This document shows, piece after piece, positions 38,201 through 51,468 of a DNA stretch of 64,000 bases. A program made the translations under genes and the position numbers. The first letter of the stretch is position 1. Each line of letters opens with the position of its first letter. The notes below the pieces were generated by a model. The model did not search any database. It saw only the letters and a list, made by a program, of their open reading frames with translations, and was not told where the DNA came from. Origin of the DNA: Minutocellus sp. GHC0000111 (lineage: Eukaryota); assembly GCA_977018835.1 (NCBI GenBank), contig OZ361260.1:3658001-3722000 (forward strand), in the 5' to 3' direction.

Positions 38201-40799
38201 TCGCGCTCAGCTTTCGCCTCCACAGTCAGAAGTGCAAGCAGTAACAGAACCGTCGACACAGGGAAATGCTCAGAAGAAGAAAAAGAAAAAGTCGAGTGAT
38301 TACACTTTCCTCTTTGGGGTTAGAGTCACCATCAAGGAGGCCGCTTTGTTCAGGCGCATCGAGCAAGTACGAAAGCTGTATGGGGCAGCCTTGACTTGTT
38401 TCTCCCACACCATTGTTGTGGAGACCACTTGGGAAAGAGCGCAAGGAACCGAGCATTGAGAAAATTTCGGTCGATGAAATGATCGACTTCTACCGAAAGA
38501 CGGAAATAAGGAAGAAGATATGCCACCTCATCGACGTAATCAATCCCGACCCTTGCAGACTTCGACGGGCCATCCGAGGAGGCCGGCCTAATCCTTCTGT
38601 GCGAGTCACGATCAGGGTTGGCGACCAAGGGAGTGATTCCGCCCAAGGTGAAGATCAAAATGTAGCCGCCGTGGCCGCAGCAACAACTGTGACCGAGCTC
38701 GTTGCCACCGACCAGCAAAACGAGGATCCCGATATTGATCCGTCCAAGCCTCTGATTCTTGAACCCGATGATTACTTGTCCAACAGGCAGTTGGTTCGAG
38801 CTCTGTTTGGCACTACCGGGCGCATGGAGGCATGTGTTCGTTGCCAGAAGGCCAAGCGGGGAATGTTTACCTGCAGAGTAGTACGTGCCCACTCCATCGA
38901 AGACTTCGATCTCGACGAAGTGCTAAGCGGCAGGGGCATTGATGGCTTGATTCATGATCTTTTGTCCAAATCAAATACTCAGCCATCTTCCGCAGGAGCT
39001 TCCCTATCCAACGATCAGCCTACCCGCATTATCGTCAAGGTCGACGGAAAGAGTGTCTTCTCCGAACCTATCATACTACCACCGGACGCCGTCAACAACG
39101 TGGATGGTGCCGGTCTTGCCAAAGAAGCCGACGACGAGGAGGATGATCCGCCTACAGAGTCGGTCGAGGGCATTCAGAAGGAAGGAGATGTCGGTGCTGA
39201 TACCGATGCCGATGTCGATGGTCAAGATGATGCCGCAGCTTCCACCACCGGCGAAGAGGAATCGAAAGAACATGCGCTCACCGAGGAAGAAAGAGCCGCC
39301 CAGGCCGCCGCCGCCGAGGAAGAGGCCAAAGAGAGGCGAACTCTCGAAGCCTTCAAGAAGGCGCAGCTGGCTGTCCAGATGGCCAAGGAGAATCTGCTGG
39401 CGGCAAACGCAGCCTTGGACGTCCCGCCGGCACTTAGCAAGGAATTCGTCAAGACCTGGTTTCCTTATGATCATGGGGATGGTCATTATGAGATATGCGT
39501 CGTTTGCGGCCTCGGTGGCGACATTTTATGCTGCGAAACCTGTCCGAACGTGGCACATACCAACTGTGCAGGTCTTGCGAAGGTGCCCGAAGGCGACTGG
39601 TATTGTCGCGATTGCGTCGCCAACGGCAAGGGCCCCTCGCTAAGCGAAAAGAACGATTCGAATGGCACTGCTTCTACCATGGATGTAGATGCAACCGGCG
39701 CTACACACACATCAAATGATGCTGCCGATACGAACGAAACAAAAGCTGGTGCGTCCGCCAAGACTGATACCACCAAGGATATTGGGCCAGCGGAAGACAG
39801 CCAAGGCAATGCTGACGATGGCTCCAATACCGGCGATAAGGCCAAGCTGAAGGACACTGAAGAATCCAAGCCAGACGAAGTTGACCAAGATGCTGGTGAT
39901 GATGCGAAGCCGTCAGAGGATTCTGCCGATGAACCATCAGCGGCAGACAACACTGGTTCCGACAAAAACGTGTCGTTTGAAGAGGTTTCTACAGCCGATG
40001 CCGACTCAAGCAAACCCACCAACAAGGACGCCACATCAGCAAGTGATCCACCGGGTCACTGGCCCACCGAAGAAAAACAAAATTATGAGGAGTTCAAGGA
40101 GAAGGTGGTGTCGCTGGAGAATATTCTTCATGAGCTCAAGTCTCTTCGTTACAAACCCAAATCTTCTTCCAAATCTAACGAGGAGGACGGCGAGGAGAAG
40201 AAGGACGAGGATGCTGAACCTGACGCTGAGGATGATACTTCAAGCGGACGAAGCCGGCGTCGCTCGACCAAGGCCGCCAAGAGGCCAAGGCGCAAGAGAG
40301 CTCTGATTGAGCTTGGCACACAGATATTGAAAGAATTCGAAGGGCACGGTGACTTTGAGGGTGTCATCGAGGCCGTGCCTGACTCGGACGACGAATATCA
40401 GGAATACTACCGCGTTCGTTACCTCGACGGCGACGAAGAGGACATGAGCGAGGACGAAGCGCATGCCTGTGTCGAGTACTGGAAGGAAAAGGAAGCACAG
40501 AAAGAACCGGATGATCCAAACGTTAGGAAGCCGCAGCTGAACTCAAGGGAAGCCGAAAGAAGAAGGACCGACAAAAGAGTGGTGGCAGCACCAGGAGCCC
40601 CTCTCGCGGCCGCCTATCGGTCTTCAAGGAATGCGCCGTCGAAGGCTGTACAAAGCAGAGTCAGGGTAGGGGTAACAATGACATGTGCCGCAAGCATTTT
40701 ATGCAGACTCAGGGCCTGGAATTCCCGCAGAATTCCAGGCCCTTGAGATGGTTGAAGGTCGACACTGTCGCAATGTCATCGTTTTCGTTGTCTGCTTGA
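32295..40799 (+). CDS. Large chromatin reader: two PHIP/BRWD-like Tudor-type + bromodomain-like modules, PHD finger, Tudor-like domain, WRKY19-like Zn finger; introns 33502-33653 and 34494-34627; apparent frameshifts at about 32763, 33935, 38430 and 40524
   Basis: FVPQAGDLILYYPRGHKEFL and WVPQVGDEILYSRNEHSKFL; VD...PEYAQNVPLPMSIQRILSRL...YRSVAAVVSDLQDIAHN; CLDLVQRRIKQGYYRS; CVVCGLGGDILCCETCPNVAHTNCAGL..VPEGDWYCRDC; KEFEGHGDFEG...YRVRYLDGDEEDM; CAVEGCTKQSQG....MCRKH in the shifted frame. Confidence 0.75.
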
Positions 40800-41310
40800 A
40801 CCAAAAGTCGCCGAGCACAGGAGATGTCGTCATGGGGTCGGTGACATCCCGTTTGAGTTGCAGTGGGCAGGGCAACTCTACCGTACCGCACAGCACCCAT
40901 CAGCCTTTCAATGGACTTTACGATTAAACCCTTCAAGGCTGACATTGACGTTTTGATTGGCGCCGAGGCAATTTTAGTGTGTGTGTCAGATTGGAAACAG
41001 TCACTCCCACATTGAACCAGCATCATCTCCGAATGTGGACATTCCCTTCAATAACAATCAACAAGGAAGGAATTGGAGTGAAGGGCCTCCGAAAGGCCTT
41101 GCGCACAGCAACTCTTAAGAGGCAGGCTCCTCAGAAAGTTGAACTTTCTTATCGCAAGCGTCACAAAGGTCTCCCACCGCCAGAACTGACCTGGGAAACC
41201 TTGCTTTGACTTTGCGAGCTGATGAAAGCCTGTTTTTTTTTGTTTGCCGCCGCTTTGATCATCCACACCTCAAACCTCACAAGCAATAGCATGCAACCCA
41301 ACCCAATTCG

Positions 41311-44300
41311 ATGAGCAGCAACAATATTAATACGTGTAGCCAGCAAAGAAACATGCCAACAACCAAGCAACCCTCGAAGCCAAGTCGGCGGCCGAGATGG
41401 CAAAAGCCCAAGCGCGGAGTGAGTAGAACCCATCGAATCGAATCCATCTTGTTTTGCCGTCTTTCCCAACTTTGCGGGTCAAGAAGTTTGCCCTGTGTGT
41501 GCTGTCTGTGTCTTTTCCATGAGCACATTTCTTGCGTGATGGCAAATCGTCTTCTGATACATTCTGATGTTTCACTTCTCCAACGCATCCATCTTGGCTT
41601 TGCCTGCCCAACAACCCACACTGGAATTTGCACGAACGCCAGATGACCGCGTACAACTACTTCTTTCAGGCCGAGCGGGTGAAAATTCTCCAAGAGCAGG
41701 AGGAGGAGGAGGCGCAGAAACGGAAAGCCATTGGTGGCGGCGGCGCCTCGTCGACGGCATGTCCCAGCTGCAGCGGTGCAATTACTAGTATTATCCCGGG
41801 CTCTTCGTCGGTGCCTGCTAGTACTACTACTGCCACGCACAGCGGTCCTCTGAACGATAGGCCAGCTGCCGATGGCGAGATGCCGCCCCGAGAGGTTTCG
41901 TCGTCGTCGTCGTCGTCGGGTGCCGCCGATGTGTCGTCGTCGGACGTGTCTTCGAATGGCACCGGCTCTCCTCTTCCGCCGCACAATTCTGCTGCTGCAA
42001 GTGCAAGTGCAAATGCAACAAGTAGTGCCGCCGGCAGGAAACGCAAGCGATGCGAGTGTGGAAATTATAGCACCAACAACAACACCAAGAGTACCAAGAG
42101 CAACCATGAAATCATATCCTTCAAGGAGCTCGGCAAGGAGATCTCCCGCCGCTGGAAGAACGTGGCGCCGGACGACCTGGCCAAGTACATGGCCATGGCC
42201 GAGAGGGACACCAACCGCTACAAGGAGGAGATGCGAGCGTACGAGGAGGAGCAGCTCGCCGCCATGTCCATGGTCCAGAGCGGGATGATCCTGCGTCCGA
42301 CCCAGGCGCAGGCGCAGCATCTGCGGCAGGTCCAGCAGCGGGAGAAGATGCAGAGGGAGCGGCAGGAGGCGCAGGCTCAGAGGGCCAAGGAGGTGGCGGC
42401 GGCTGCTGCCCAGGCGGCGCAGCAGCAGCAGCAGCCAAAGCAAGTTCATTTCCAGCAGGATCAGCAATCGCAACAACCAGCGCCACCTACAAGTACTTCT
42501 AGTAGGTCTACGAGTACCGGTACTGCCCCAACCTTCCTACCCATGCAATCAGCCATACCTGCCCCTGTCAATCCTCAGGCTCCCATCGCCGTGGCCAACG
42601 CATCATGCATCATGTCTGCCCCTCACCCCCACCATCACCTTCAGCAGCAGCAGCTGCTGCAGCTGCCGCCCAACCTGGCAAGCGCACTCGCGGCCGTCCT
42701 AACGGCCTCCTCCCACCCGATGCAGGCCGGCGCGCAGCAGGTGGACATCAACAGCGTCGTGTCGGCCCTCCTCCGGAGCATCGCCCAGGGCGGACCGGCC
42801 ACGCCGCAGCAGCAGGAGCTGCAGAACGAGCTCCTTCGGCTGCTGTTGCAGCAGCAGGTGCAGATGATGCAGGCTCAGAACATTCAAGTGCCCCCCCAGC
42901 CTCAGCCGCAGCCTCAGCCTCAGCAGCTAGCCGCCGCTCACACCAACGCCTCGACGTCCTCGACGCCGATATCGTCGACGACCCCCACGTCGCTGAGCAA
43001 TGCCACCCTCCCAACGTCCAACCTGTCGTCGTCGATGCAGCAGCACGGCCACAACCACCCTCACACGGTGTCGCAGTACAGCTTTGCTCCCAATCCGCAG
43101 GGCGCCGCAACGTCGGCCCTGCTGAGCACCGTCAACGAGGTCTTCGAGGCCGTCCCCCCACCCCAGCTACCGGCGGCGGCAAGGGCCGCGCAGGCCGCCA
43201 CCGATGTCGCCCGCGCTCAGATGCAGATGCAGCAGCAGCGGCAGCAGCAGCAGCTACCACAGGGATTCACCGACAGCACGGCCTACCTGCAGCAAATCCT
43301 CGAGGCCGTCAAGAAGGGCGACGTATCGATTACCATCGATACCGACACAGCGTCATCTTTGACAGGGACGTCAACATCTGCCGCCGGGTCGTCGGGTGAC
43401 AAGAGCAGCAGTGGCGATGGCAGTGGGTCGGAATCCTCTTCGGGTTCTGGCAGCAGTACCCTGGCCATCAAGAAGGGCAAACCCGGATCGCCGACGACGG
43501 ACATTAGCCTTCACGTGCATAATATCCACCACATTGTTCGCAAGTCCGGTGTAGGAGATGACGACGAAGACAAGGCCGACAAGGACCAGGCTGGCGACGA
43601 TAGGAAGCCTAGGGCCAAGAGACAGAAGATAAATGGCAAGGCATCATCGTCCTCGGGCACAGAGTCCTCGTCCAAGAATGCTGCCATTAGCAGCAACAAC
43701 GAAAGCTCGTCGTCCGACCTGAGCAAGGCCTCCCACAACCTTCTTTCTCTACGCTCTGACATGTCGATTGACCTCAGCCTCAGTTCCGGCTCCATGTCAA
43801 CACTTACCAATAACAACGCCGCCTCCAAAGCCCAGTCGAAGAACAAGCGCAAGTCAAAACTTCACCATAGTTATGAGGTATCGGAAGTTAGCGCCAAGAA
43901 CGACGAGGTGTCCGATATGAGTACATCCGGTAGCGACGATGAGTCAAAGAAGAGCTCCGAGGGCAGTGGAAGGCATGCCTCGAGCGGCAGCACTCCAAAC
44001 AGTCGCCTCCCACCAAGGAAGCGACATCTCGCACCCAACAATCATGACAACAGCGGCAGCAGCAACGGAAGCAGCCGTTCGTCCAGCATCACCTCCGCCT
44101 CCAAGGAGGATGGGTCGCCCACCAAGAAGGTTCGAGTGGAGGACCCAGCCACAAAGAAGCCCGAACTCTCTAAGCGCCTCAGTGACAGCGGCGACTTTTC
44201 GGGCTATAGCGAGTCGGACTGGGCCAGTAATGAGGATTCCCTTGCTGGTGGTCCATTGTCCGGCACCACGGGAGGTCTGAGCCTCATCAACTCCAAGCGA

Positions 44301-44447
44301 AGACTAAGCAGTGAAGTATCCAGCGTCAGCGGCTCCGGTAGCGACAATATTAGCGCCTCGGGCAGCGATAATGGTGCTGCTTCTGGGTCCAGCAGTGACA
44401 ACGACAAAGACGTTGAGGTCAACGCCCATCCAAGTCGCACCAAGTAG
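41311..44447 (+). CDS. HMG-box transcription factor, paralog 2 (exons 41311-41418, 41643-44447)
   Basis: Intron 41419-41642 (GTGAGT...CAG) gives KPKRGMTAYNYFFQAERVKIL; ISFKELGKEISRRWKNV...KYMAMAERDTNRYKEEMRAY; Q/S-rich tail. Confidence 0.85.
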
Positions 44448-44555
44448 TAAAGCGGATTTCTCAAAATATTATCGATTTTGAGACTGTACATTTACATGTA
44501 TCCTATTGAATAGATAATTAATTATGCACAAAATTACACAACATAGGATTCCTAT

Positions 44556-46673
44556 CTACTCAATTATTGCGCCGAAGGGTACTAGGTCATCGAGTAGATC
44601 ATGCAGCTCGGCATCATTCACCGCTTTGCTCTTTTCGTCATTTTGATGGCCCGGATCTGGTTGGTCATGTCTACCCTCCATCAAATCCACATCTGCATGC
44701 TTTGCAGCAGCAATAGCGATCTCATCTTGAATCATTTCTGCCTTTATGTCGACATAACCCTCCAATGCCATGTCTGGAGGAGCATTTACGTACGAAAAGT
44801 ATGACACCGCGCCAGCGCATAGAGTGAAAACGAACGAAGGGATGAGAATGCTGGCCGTTGGAGGAAGTTTCGCCGCTGCCCATGATACCGGCTGGGATTG
44901 ATGCCAAAAGAAATATGATACCATGCATGATAGGAGCGTCGTTACGAGCAGCCGTTTGCTCCAGCTCATTAGCCGCTGTGCCGCATCGGCTACGGATATT
45001 CCAATGTCCATCGCTGCATTGATTCGGAGAGCATCAAGTAAGAATCGATCGATAAGATTCTGCTTTCGCTTAAAAAGGCAAGCTAGATGGAAGGCAACTG
45101 CTGACAGTAAGGCAAGCACGGTGTGCAGAGCTGCCGTGACCGTGGCATCGTGCATGGCGGCCAGTTGGAAAGATGTTATCGAGAGGAAACCATGGCGTGG
45201 TCCAAGAGCGATGAGAAATAGCCCCAGTGACATAATGGTCTGAATAATGGTTGCAAGGGAAAGGATCGTCACCAGTACTATGAACACGTAGAGCTCTCCC
45301 TTCGCAACCATGGCATCCAACTTGGCGACGAATGGTACAAGACCCTCCTTCAACCGCCGCAAGTTCTTGTTCCTTTCGTCATCAACGGCCACCTCCACAA
45401 TCGCCTCCTTGGCACGGGCACGGAGGTCTTTGTCCACTTGCTCGGATATTTCCTTTAGAAAATTGGGATTTTCCGCCAGGGCTCTGATCTGCGATACCAC
45501 ATCACTCAGCTTGGCTGGTTCCGTCACCTTCTTTTCTTTGACTTCTACCGCCCCATGGTCGGGTCCTGGACAAGGCGCCAACAAGGCCTCGGCACGGCAA
45601 TCGTCATGATCCCCGGCACCACCGCCTCGATGAACATTCATGTCACAAAGCTCACACTTGAATCCTTGCGACCAAAGACCAACTAGCAGACCGTTGCATA
45701 TACCGCAGTACGTGGGTTGTTTGTATGTGTGCTCGTGAAACGAATGCGCATGCTCGGTGGATTGAGATACCTTGAGAGTTGGTTTGATAACGCTGGTAGT
45801 GGTAGGCTTGGGGACTGGGGTGGTACTAGCAGCGGTTGGCACTTGTGTCGTTGCCGGAGTACCACTTGTTGGCACCTTGGCAGCAGTAGATTTAGGCGGT
45901 TTGCTCGCGGCCGCACTACCCGTGGCCAAGGATGGCAGGGCAGGGGCACCAAAGCGAGTACTGGAGGTAATGCTGGGACTAGTAGTATTCGCAGGTTCTG
46001 TCTCCGCATGCTCCTTCTGCGTTCCACCATCGCCAGAATCGGCATACCCATCATGTCCTTCTTTTTTTAAAGCCGCTCTCGGCGATGCCTGCAGAGACGA
46101 CTGGATCGACGCCTTCAAGGCCGATGCCGACGTGGCAATATCTCCCGACGCATCGGCAAAGTCCCTCTTGACTTGCCGCAGAAAATCATTCCCCCGCTGC
46201 GGCGTCTTGGTCTCCAGCTGCTGCTGCTGACGATGATCGGGATGTCCCAATAGACGCTTGGCAACATTCTCCAATAAATCCCCCGACTTGTTGCCGCCGG
46301 GCAGCCGCATAGTGTTGGCAATATCTTTCGATTTCTCGCTATGGTGAGGCCCCGATGCAGGCGACGAAGACGCGGCGGGCGAAACCTCGACAAAGTCATT
46401 GTCATCATCTTCTTCACCGACATGATCACTCGTGCCGTTGGAGGATTTCTCTTCTTCATCTGCATCGGATTTTTCATCAATGTCATCATTTGACTTCTCC
46501 GTGGAACCTGTCAAAGATGATGCGGCCCTTTCGCTACTTTCTTCGATGTCGTTTGTGTTGTCTTCTCCTTGTTGTTGTTGCTGTGGTTGAGTTGGCACAT
46601 CTTGTGCCGATTTTCCGTGCGACGGCGAATCATCCTCAGACTCCTCTTCATCATATATCTCCTCTGGCATCAT
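44556..46673 (-). CDS. C1 (DAG/phorbol-ester-binding) domain membrane protein
   Basis: HSFHEHTYKQPTYCGICNGLLVGLWSQGFKCELCDMNVH...C...C; about four C-terminal hydrophobic helices. Confidence 0.8.
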   Translation of the reverse strand: MMPEEIYDEEESEDDSPSHGKSAQDVPTQPQQQQQGEDNTNDIEESSERAASSLTGSTEKSNDDIDEKSDADEEEKSSNGTSDHVGEEDDDNDFVEVSPAASSSPASGPHHSEKSKDIANTMRLPGGNKSGDLLENVAKRLLGHPDHRQQQQLETKTPQRGNDFLRQVKRDFADASGDIATSASALKASIQSSLQASPRAALKKEGHDGYADSGDGGTQKEHAETEPANTTSPSITSSTRFGAPALPSLATGSAAASKPPKSTAAKVPTSGTPATTQVPTAASTTPVPKPTTTSVIKPTLKVSQSTEHAHSFHEHTYKQPTYCGICNGLLVGLWSQGFKCELCDMNVHRGGGAGDHDDCRAEALLAPCPGPDHGAVEVKEKKVTEPAKLSDVVSQIRALAENPNFLKEISEQVDKDLRARAKEAIVEVAVDDERNKNLRRLKEGLVPFVAKLDAMVAKGELYVFIVLVTILSLATIIQTIMSLGLFLIALGPRHGFLSITSFQLAAMHDATVTAALHTVLALLSAVAFHLACLFKRKQNLIDRFLLDALRINAAMDIGISVADAAQRLMSWSKRLLVTTLLSCMVSYFFWHQSQPVSWAAAKLPPTASILIPSFVFTLCAGAVSYFSYVNAPPDMALEGYVDIKAEMIQDEIAIAAAKHADVDLMEGRHDQPDPGHQNDEKSKAVNDAELHDLLDDLVPFGAIIE

Positions 46674-47074
46674 CTTCGCGGCAGTTGGCAGGAATTCCTA
46701 TCGGGGCACACTTCTTCTTGTGAACTGATGGCTGATGGCTGGCAAGGCGAGATCTTTTTGAGTTCCGGCCGGCGGAAGATGGCTCAAACTTCGCATAGAT
46801 TATGCAAAAAAAAATCAACCCCAAATAACATATTCAAATCAAGTACACGAACGCTCTGTCTGTCGCCCGTCGAAATCCTCCGATGATGTGGCATGGAGGG
46901 TCAAAAACCAAATTTTGGCTTTTGATGCGTATCTTCTTCACACACAAATCAACCACCCGACGACGACGCTCGGCCGCTATCCCATTCCAGCCTAGCGACC
47001 CCGCCCTCCTCCTCATCCGTGCCTTTATCCCAATTGCATTTTTGCTCCCAGTTTCTCATTCCTTTTCGATAAAA

Positions 47075-48749
47075 ATGTCTTCCGCAGCTGAACTCCGAAC
47101 CGAACTCCTCGACCTCATCGGCAAGAACCCTGGAGGCCATCTCGATGCCACCCTCCGCTCCACCTTTGCCGACAGGCTCAAGGCCTACGCTGCCTCGGAC
47201 GATGCCGACCCCTCCGACGTATTGTTTGCCATCGGCTCGTCGGTTTATGGCGTCAGCGTCCCCCCGCCCGCCAAGAAGGTCAAGACGACCAATGGCGGTA
47301 CCGGCGCTGCGGAAGAGGAGGCCGACCCCATCCTCGACTTTGACTACATGAAGAAATTCATGTACGAGGTGTTCATCTCCTACGGCGTCACGCCGGAGAG
47401 GGCCGAGATCTGCTCCGACGTTCTCATCGAGTCCGACAAGCGCGGCATCGACAGCCACGGTCTGGGCCGCCTCAAGCCCATCTATGTAAGTAGTGATCAA
47501 TATGTGGTAATACGATTTGATTTGTCCGCATGATTGGAAGGAACGCATTTATTACATACATATATGCATGCTTTGTTCATTCATTTTCAAGTGAAAACTT
47601 TTGGCATTCGCAACTCAACACTTATACACCGCTGGTATGTATGCAACTCCACGCAGTGCGACCGCATGGACAACGGCATCCTCTTCCCCGACAAGCCGAT
47701 CGACATCCTCAAGGAGACGGAAACCACCGCCCTTCTCGATGGCAACCTCGGACTGGGGCTGTACATCGGCCCGTACGCCATGGACATGGCCATCCAAAAG
47801 GCCAAGAAGCACGGAGTCGGATTTGTGGCCGTGAAGAATTCCACCCATTACGGCATCGCGGGATACTACGCCACCATGGCCACCGACGCCGGTTGCATCG
47901 GGCTGACGGGTACCAACGCCCGGCCCTCGATTGCCCCAACCTTTGGCGTCGAGCCCATGCTGGGCACCAACCCGTTGACGTTTGGCATCCCGTCCGACGA
48001 CGACTTCCCCTTTGTCATTGATTGTGCCACCTCCACGAACCAGCGCGGCAAGATTGAAAAGTATGCGAGGGAGGGCGTCCCCACCCCGCAGGGTGCCGTG
48101 ATCGATTTGGATGGCATTGAACGGACCGACACCGACGGCATTCTGAGGGACATGGTTCTGGGCAAGTGCGCCCTGACTCCCGTTGGTGGTGCCGGCGACA
48201 AGATGGCTGGATACAAAGGTGAGAGAGAAGTGAAGTGAAATGCATGTGGTGGATGACGTTTGCGGTCTGTCCAAGATGTGCAATCGATGAATTTATTTTG
48301 TGTCCAATTCGTCGTCTAACGAAAAAAGATATCTCTTCTCATCTCTCATAGGCTACGGATGGGCAACCACGGTCGAGCTCCTCTGTACTGCGATCCAGTC
48401 TGGACCTTGGGGCGAGGATGTATGCGGTATCGACAGAGCTACTGGCAAGCCTAAGCCCATGCCTCTTGGACATTTCTTCTTGGCGGTGGATATCGAACCG
48501 TTGGTCGGACTTGACACGTTCAAGAAGAACGCCGGTGGATTGCTCCGTGCCCTGCGGGAAAGCAAGAAGTCGCCCGCCGGTCCAGGCAGGATTTGGACGG
48601 CCGGTGAGCCCGAGAATGATGCCCGCGTGGAGCGCACGGCCCAGGGTGGAATGAAGGTGTCAAAGAGTCTGCAGGCCAATATGATCAAGTTGAGGGATGC
48701 CCGGCCCGGCCTCAAGGAGAAGTACGAGAAGCTCCCCTTCGAGAAGTAG
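47075..48749 (+). CDS. Ldh2/Mdh2-family (malate/L-lactate/ureidoglycolate-type) dehydrogenase; exons 47075-47485, 47657-48218, 48352-48749
   Basis: ESDKRGIDSHGLGRL, AVKNSTHYGIAGYY, MLGTNPLTFGIP, VIDCATS, GYKGYG and GHFFLAVD motifs; two GT-AG introns restore the frame. Confidence 0.9.
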
Positions 48750-48842
48750 AATCTTGTAGCTAGGTGCCTGTTCTATTGCAGTAGTTGAATTGTCTTAATA
48801 AATTCTATTTCAAATGATCTGCGAAGAGCTTGATAATATGTA

Positions 48843-50852
48843 TTATTCATCTTCTTCATCATCTGCAGCAAGCGAATCAAATACGGGCTCGGAAGTCTTT
48901 TTGGCATCTCGATCTGCTTCCGTTTCGCCCTCAGTTGGCATGAGCAGCTCCTCCATTCTCTCATGCTTTGAATTCCAACCATCTTCATTCTGATTTTTTC
49001 CAGAGCGGGAGCTAAACATATCAACAAGCTCATCTCTAGACCGAACACTAGAACGATACATACCAAGAGCTGTCCTGCCTTTGGAGTCTATGTGATTTTT
49101 ATCGGCTCCGAGATTCAACAACTTCTCGACTAACTCATATTGCTCGTCAGCGTCAGCTACCTGACAAGGTACACTTTGAGCTGCTGCAAATAGTGGAGTG
49201 CACCCTGCAAAATCAACCTCGTCGATTGCTATGCTCTTTTCGTTAGAAGGAACCAGATTGTAGAGGAAGTCGAAGCATGCCAGAAGCCGAAGTTGAGAGG
49301 CATATTGAAGGACGAATGCCTTCCTCACAGCCGCCCCCTCGTCACGAACCAGCATCACCACCTTCTCTTCTAATTGACTGTCATCCTTCACCAAAGCTTC
49401 ATCCTCTTTGGCAGCCACTTCTCTTTCCTTGGAAGCAATTCTGTCCGCCGCGTCTCTTCTTTCAATCAGCTGAGTCCTCCATTTATCGATCCTCTTCCTC
49501 GTCGCTTGTCCTGAAGCATTGTCCATCGTCGAGGCCTGTCTTTCGAGTTCCCTCTCCGACGCTGTAACTTGCTCTAAGGGGTCAGCTGTCTTTCTCCTCT
49601 CTTCATCTCGCATGTGGGCTAGTGTAGATCGATTATCAAGCAACGCCCGGCGGGCATCGCACGCTCGCATAACCAAATCAAGGAGCTTCTTATCAGCACC
49701 TTTAGGCTTGTCGGGAAATGCTGGAGGCTTTACAAGGGCGACCTTGAATGCATCAGCGCTAGACAAAATGGGTGCTTTCAACATAGGAGGAAATGCAAAA
49801 AACCAATTGACGGTGCTTTCATAGCCAATCACTTCAGGTATCTGCTTGCATCCAACGCGAATAAATGTCCTGGAATCGAGATCCATGCACAATTTCCATC
49901 TTCTCAACATCCTCTTCTGCATTTCATTCTCTTCCTCTTTCTCAATCTCGGTTAAGTGCTCATCATCATTGTCGTGATCCCTCAAACGTCTCATGCGCGC
50001 CTCATCCAATATGCGCTCGCATTTCGTATTGTTTTCAGTATAATAGGCTCTAGCATCGGCAATACCAGTAGCGAGGGTCCATTTGTCTTCAAGGTTGGGA
50101 TGAGTGACTGCCAATCGAAGAGCCTTGGAAGCCACATCCGTGTTGTCAGATGGGCGGCATGGTTGAGCAACTCGGACACTAATTTCGTGGAGAAATCCAC
50201 CCTTTTCTGCAGTATTATTTGCATCGGCATCCTTAATACTTTTGACTTTCAGCCGGCCCCGATCATCACATAGGGTCCATCCAACCTCTTGCAGCTCAGC
50301 AGAGTGCGCGTCTGTGGCTTCGTGGAAGCTTCTGCTTCCATTTCGAGGGATGAGGACGAGACGGATCGAGCCTCAACGTATCCTGTCCATCTTCACGTCA
50401 AAGTAAATATCGGTATTCACCATCAGAGGATCTACACTACCAAGGTCTGAGTAGTGCCTTGCCATCTGCTCCTCCTTCAAACGCGCACTCTCCTCGGCAT
50501 CGTAGGCCTCATCTGTAGGATCGTGCTCAGGATCACCTCCAAAATCTTTCTGCCAGAGCTCTTCCTTGGATATGTGGCGAACCTCAACCTCGGCGTATCC
50601 AGAGGAGACTCGTTCGCTGGCAAATGTATCCGAATCGAGCGTGGAACGAGTAGTCTTGCACGTTTTCCAGAGAGCATCGTGATCTGACACCGGCGAGCGG
50701 CATAACACGGCGGTCAGAGCATCGGGCGGAAGTGAGACCAGAGGACTGGTCGGGTCGAATTCGTAGCTCTCTGCCTTTGGAAGATTATCGTCGGACTTAA
50801 TTTTCTTTGCGGCCGGGCCTGCTTCTGGTGGATTTGCCTTCTTTGACTTCAT
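48843..50852 (-). CDS. F-box-like + C-terminal ankyrin-repeat protein, with in-frame TGA at 50373-50375
   Basis: LVSLPPDALTAVLCR (F-box-like); DFAGCTPLFAAA...LLNLGADKNHIDSKGRTAL (ankyrin). ORFs 50373-50852 and 48843-50135 are in the same frame, with an open stretch between them. Confidence 0.65.
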
Positions 50853-51468
50853 TTTGTGTCGTCGTTGTGGGTAGAGATGGTCAACAATTATGCGCTCGAT
50901 TTTCTATGACCCAGCGTTTGCTCTTGGGTTTGCCTTTGCAAATAAATGAAAGTAAAGCTGGAAGAGGAATGATGGAAGAATGAACAACCTGCTAAGCAGC
51001 AGCGCATGATCGTGGCAAGCTCAACTCGTGGCCACCGTTCTCAGGTCGTGATGGGATACGATTGATCTGTGCCATGTGCCATGCGGGCATTCATTCAGCT
51101 TGAAATCTCAAAGATACGCCAACGATGTACCCCGAATTCTTTATAGTCATCCTACAAGAACACGGACAATCTGACACAATTCCACCCAAGACCACCTTCG
51201 AAGATGTGACATCCGAAAATATCTTTCCTCAGAACCTTTATTATGCCTCACAATCACGGGCAAGATACTCTCTACGACCAAATATTGCACAAAGATTGCG
51301 CAAAGGCCGTCCAAATGTTTTTCGAATAAAGCGAGATGGTGTTCGGACAGCATGGCACAACGCGCGTAATAGAGCAGAACGCTTTTGCTGTTGAAAATTA
51401 TTATGAGTTCTTCGTAGGTTTCACAAACACATTCTAATAATCGTAATTGAATTCTATCAACACCAACA

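Noticed and set aside
40709..40790. UvrD-like helicase motif (TVSTFNHLKGLEF) on the minus strand
   Set aside because: GLEF is produced by the hairpin arm itself and no other helicase motifs are nearby.
3184..50375. Alternative genetic code (TAA/TGA read as sense)
   Set aside because: Both codons end intact genes here, in-frame stops are rare, and they co-occur with frameshifts, which fits errors or decay better.
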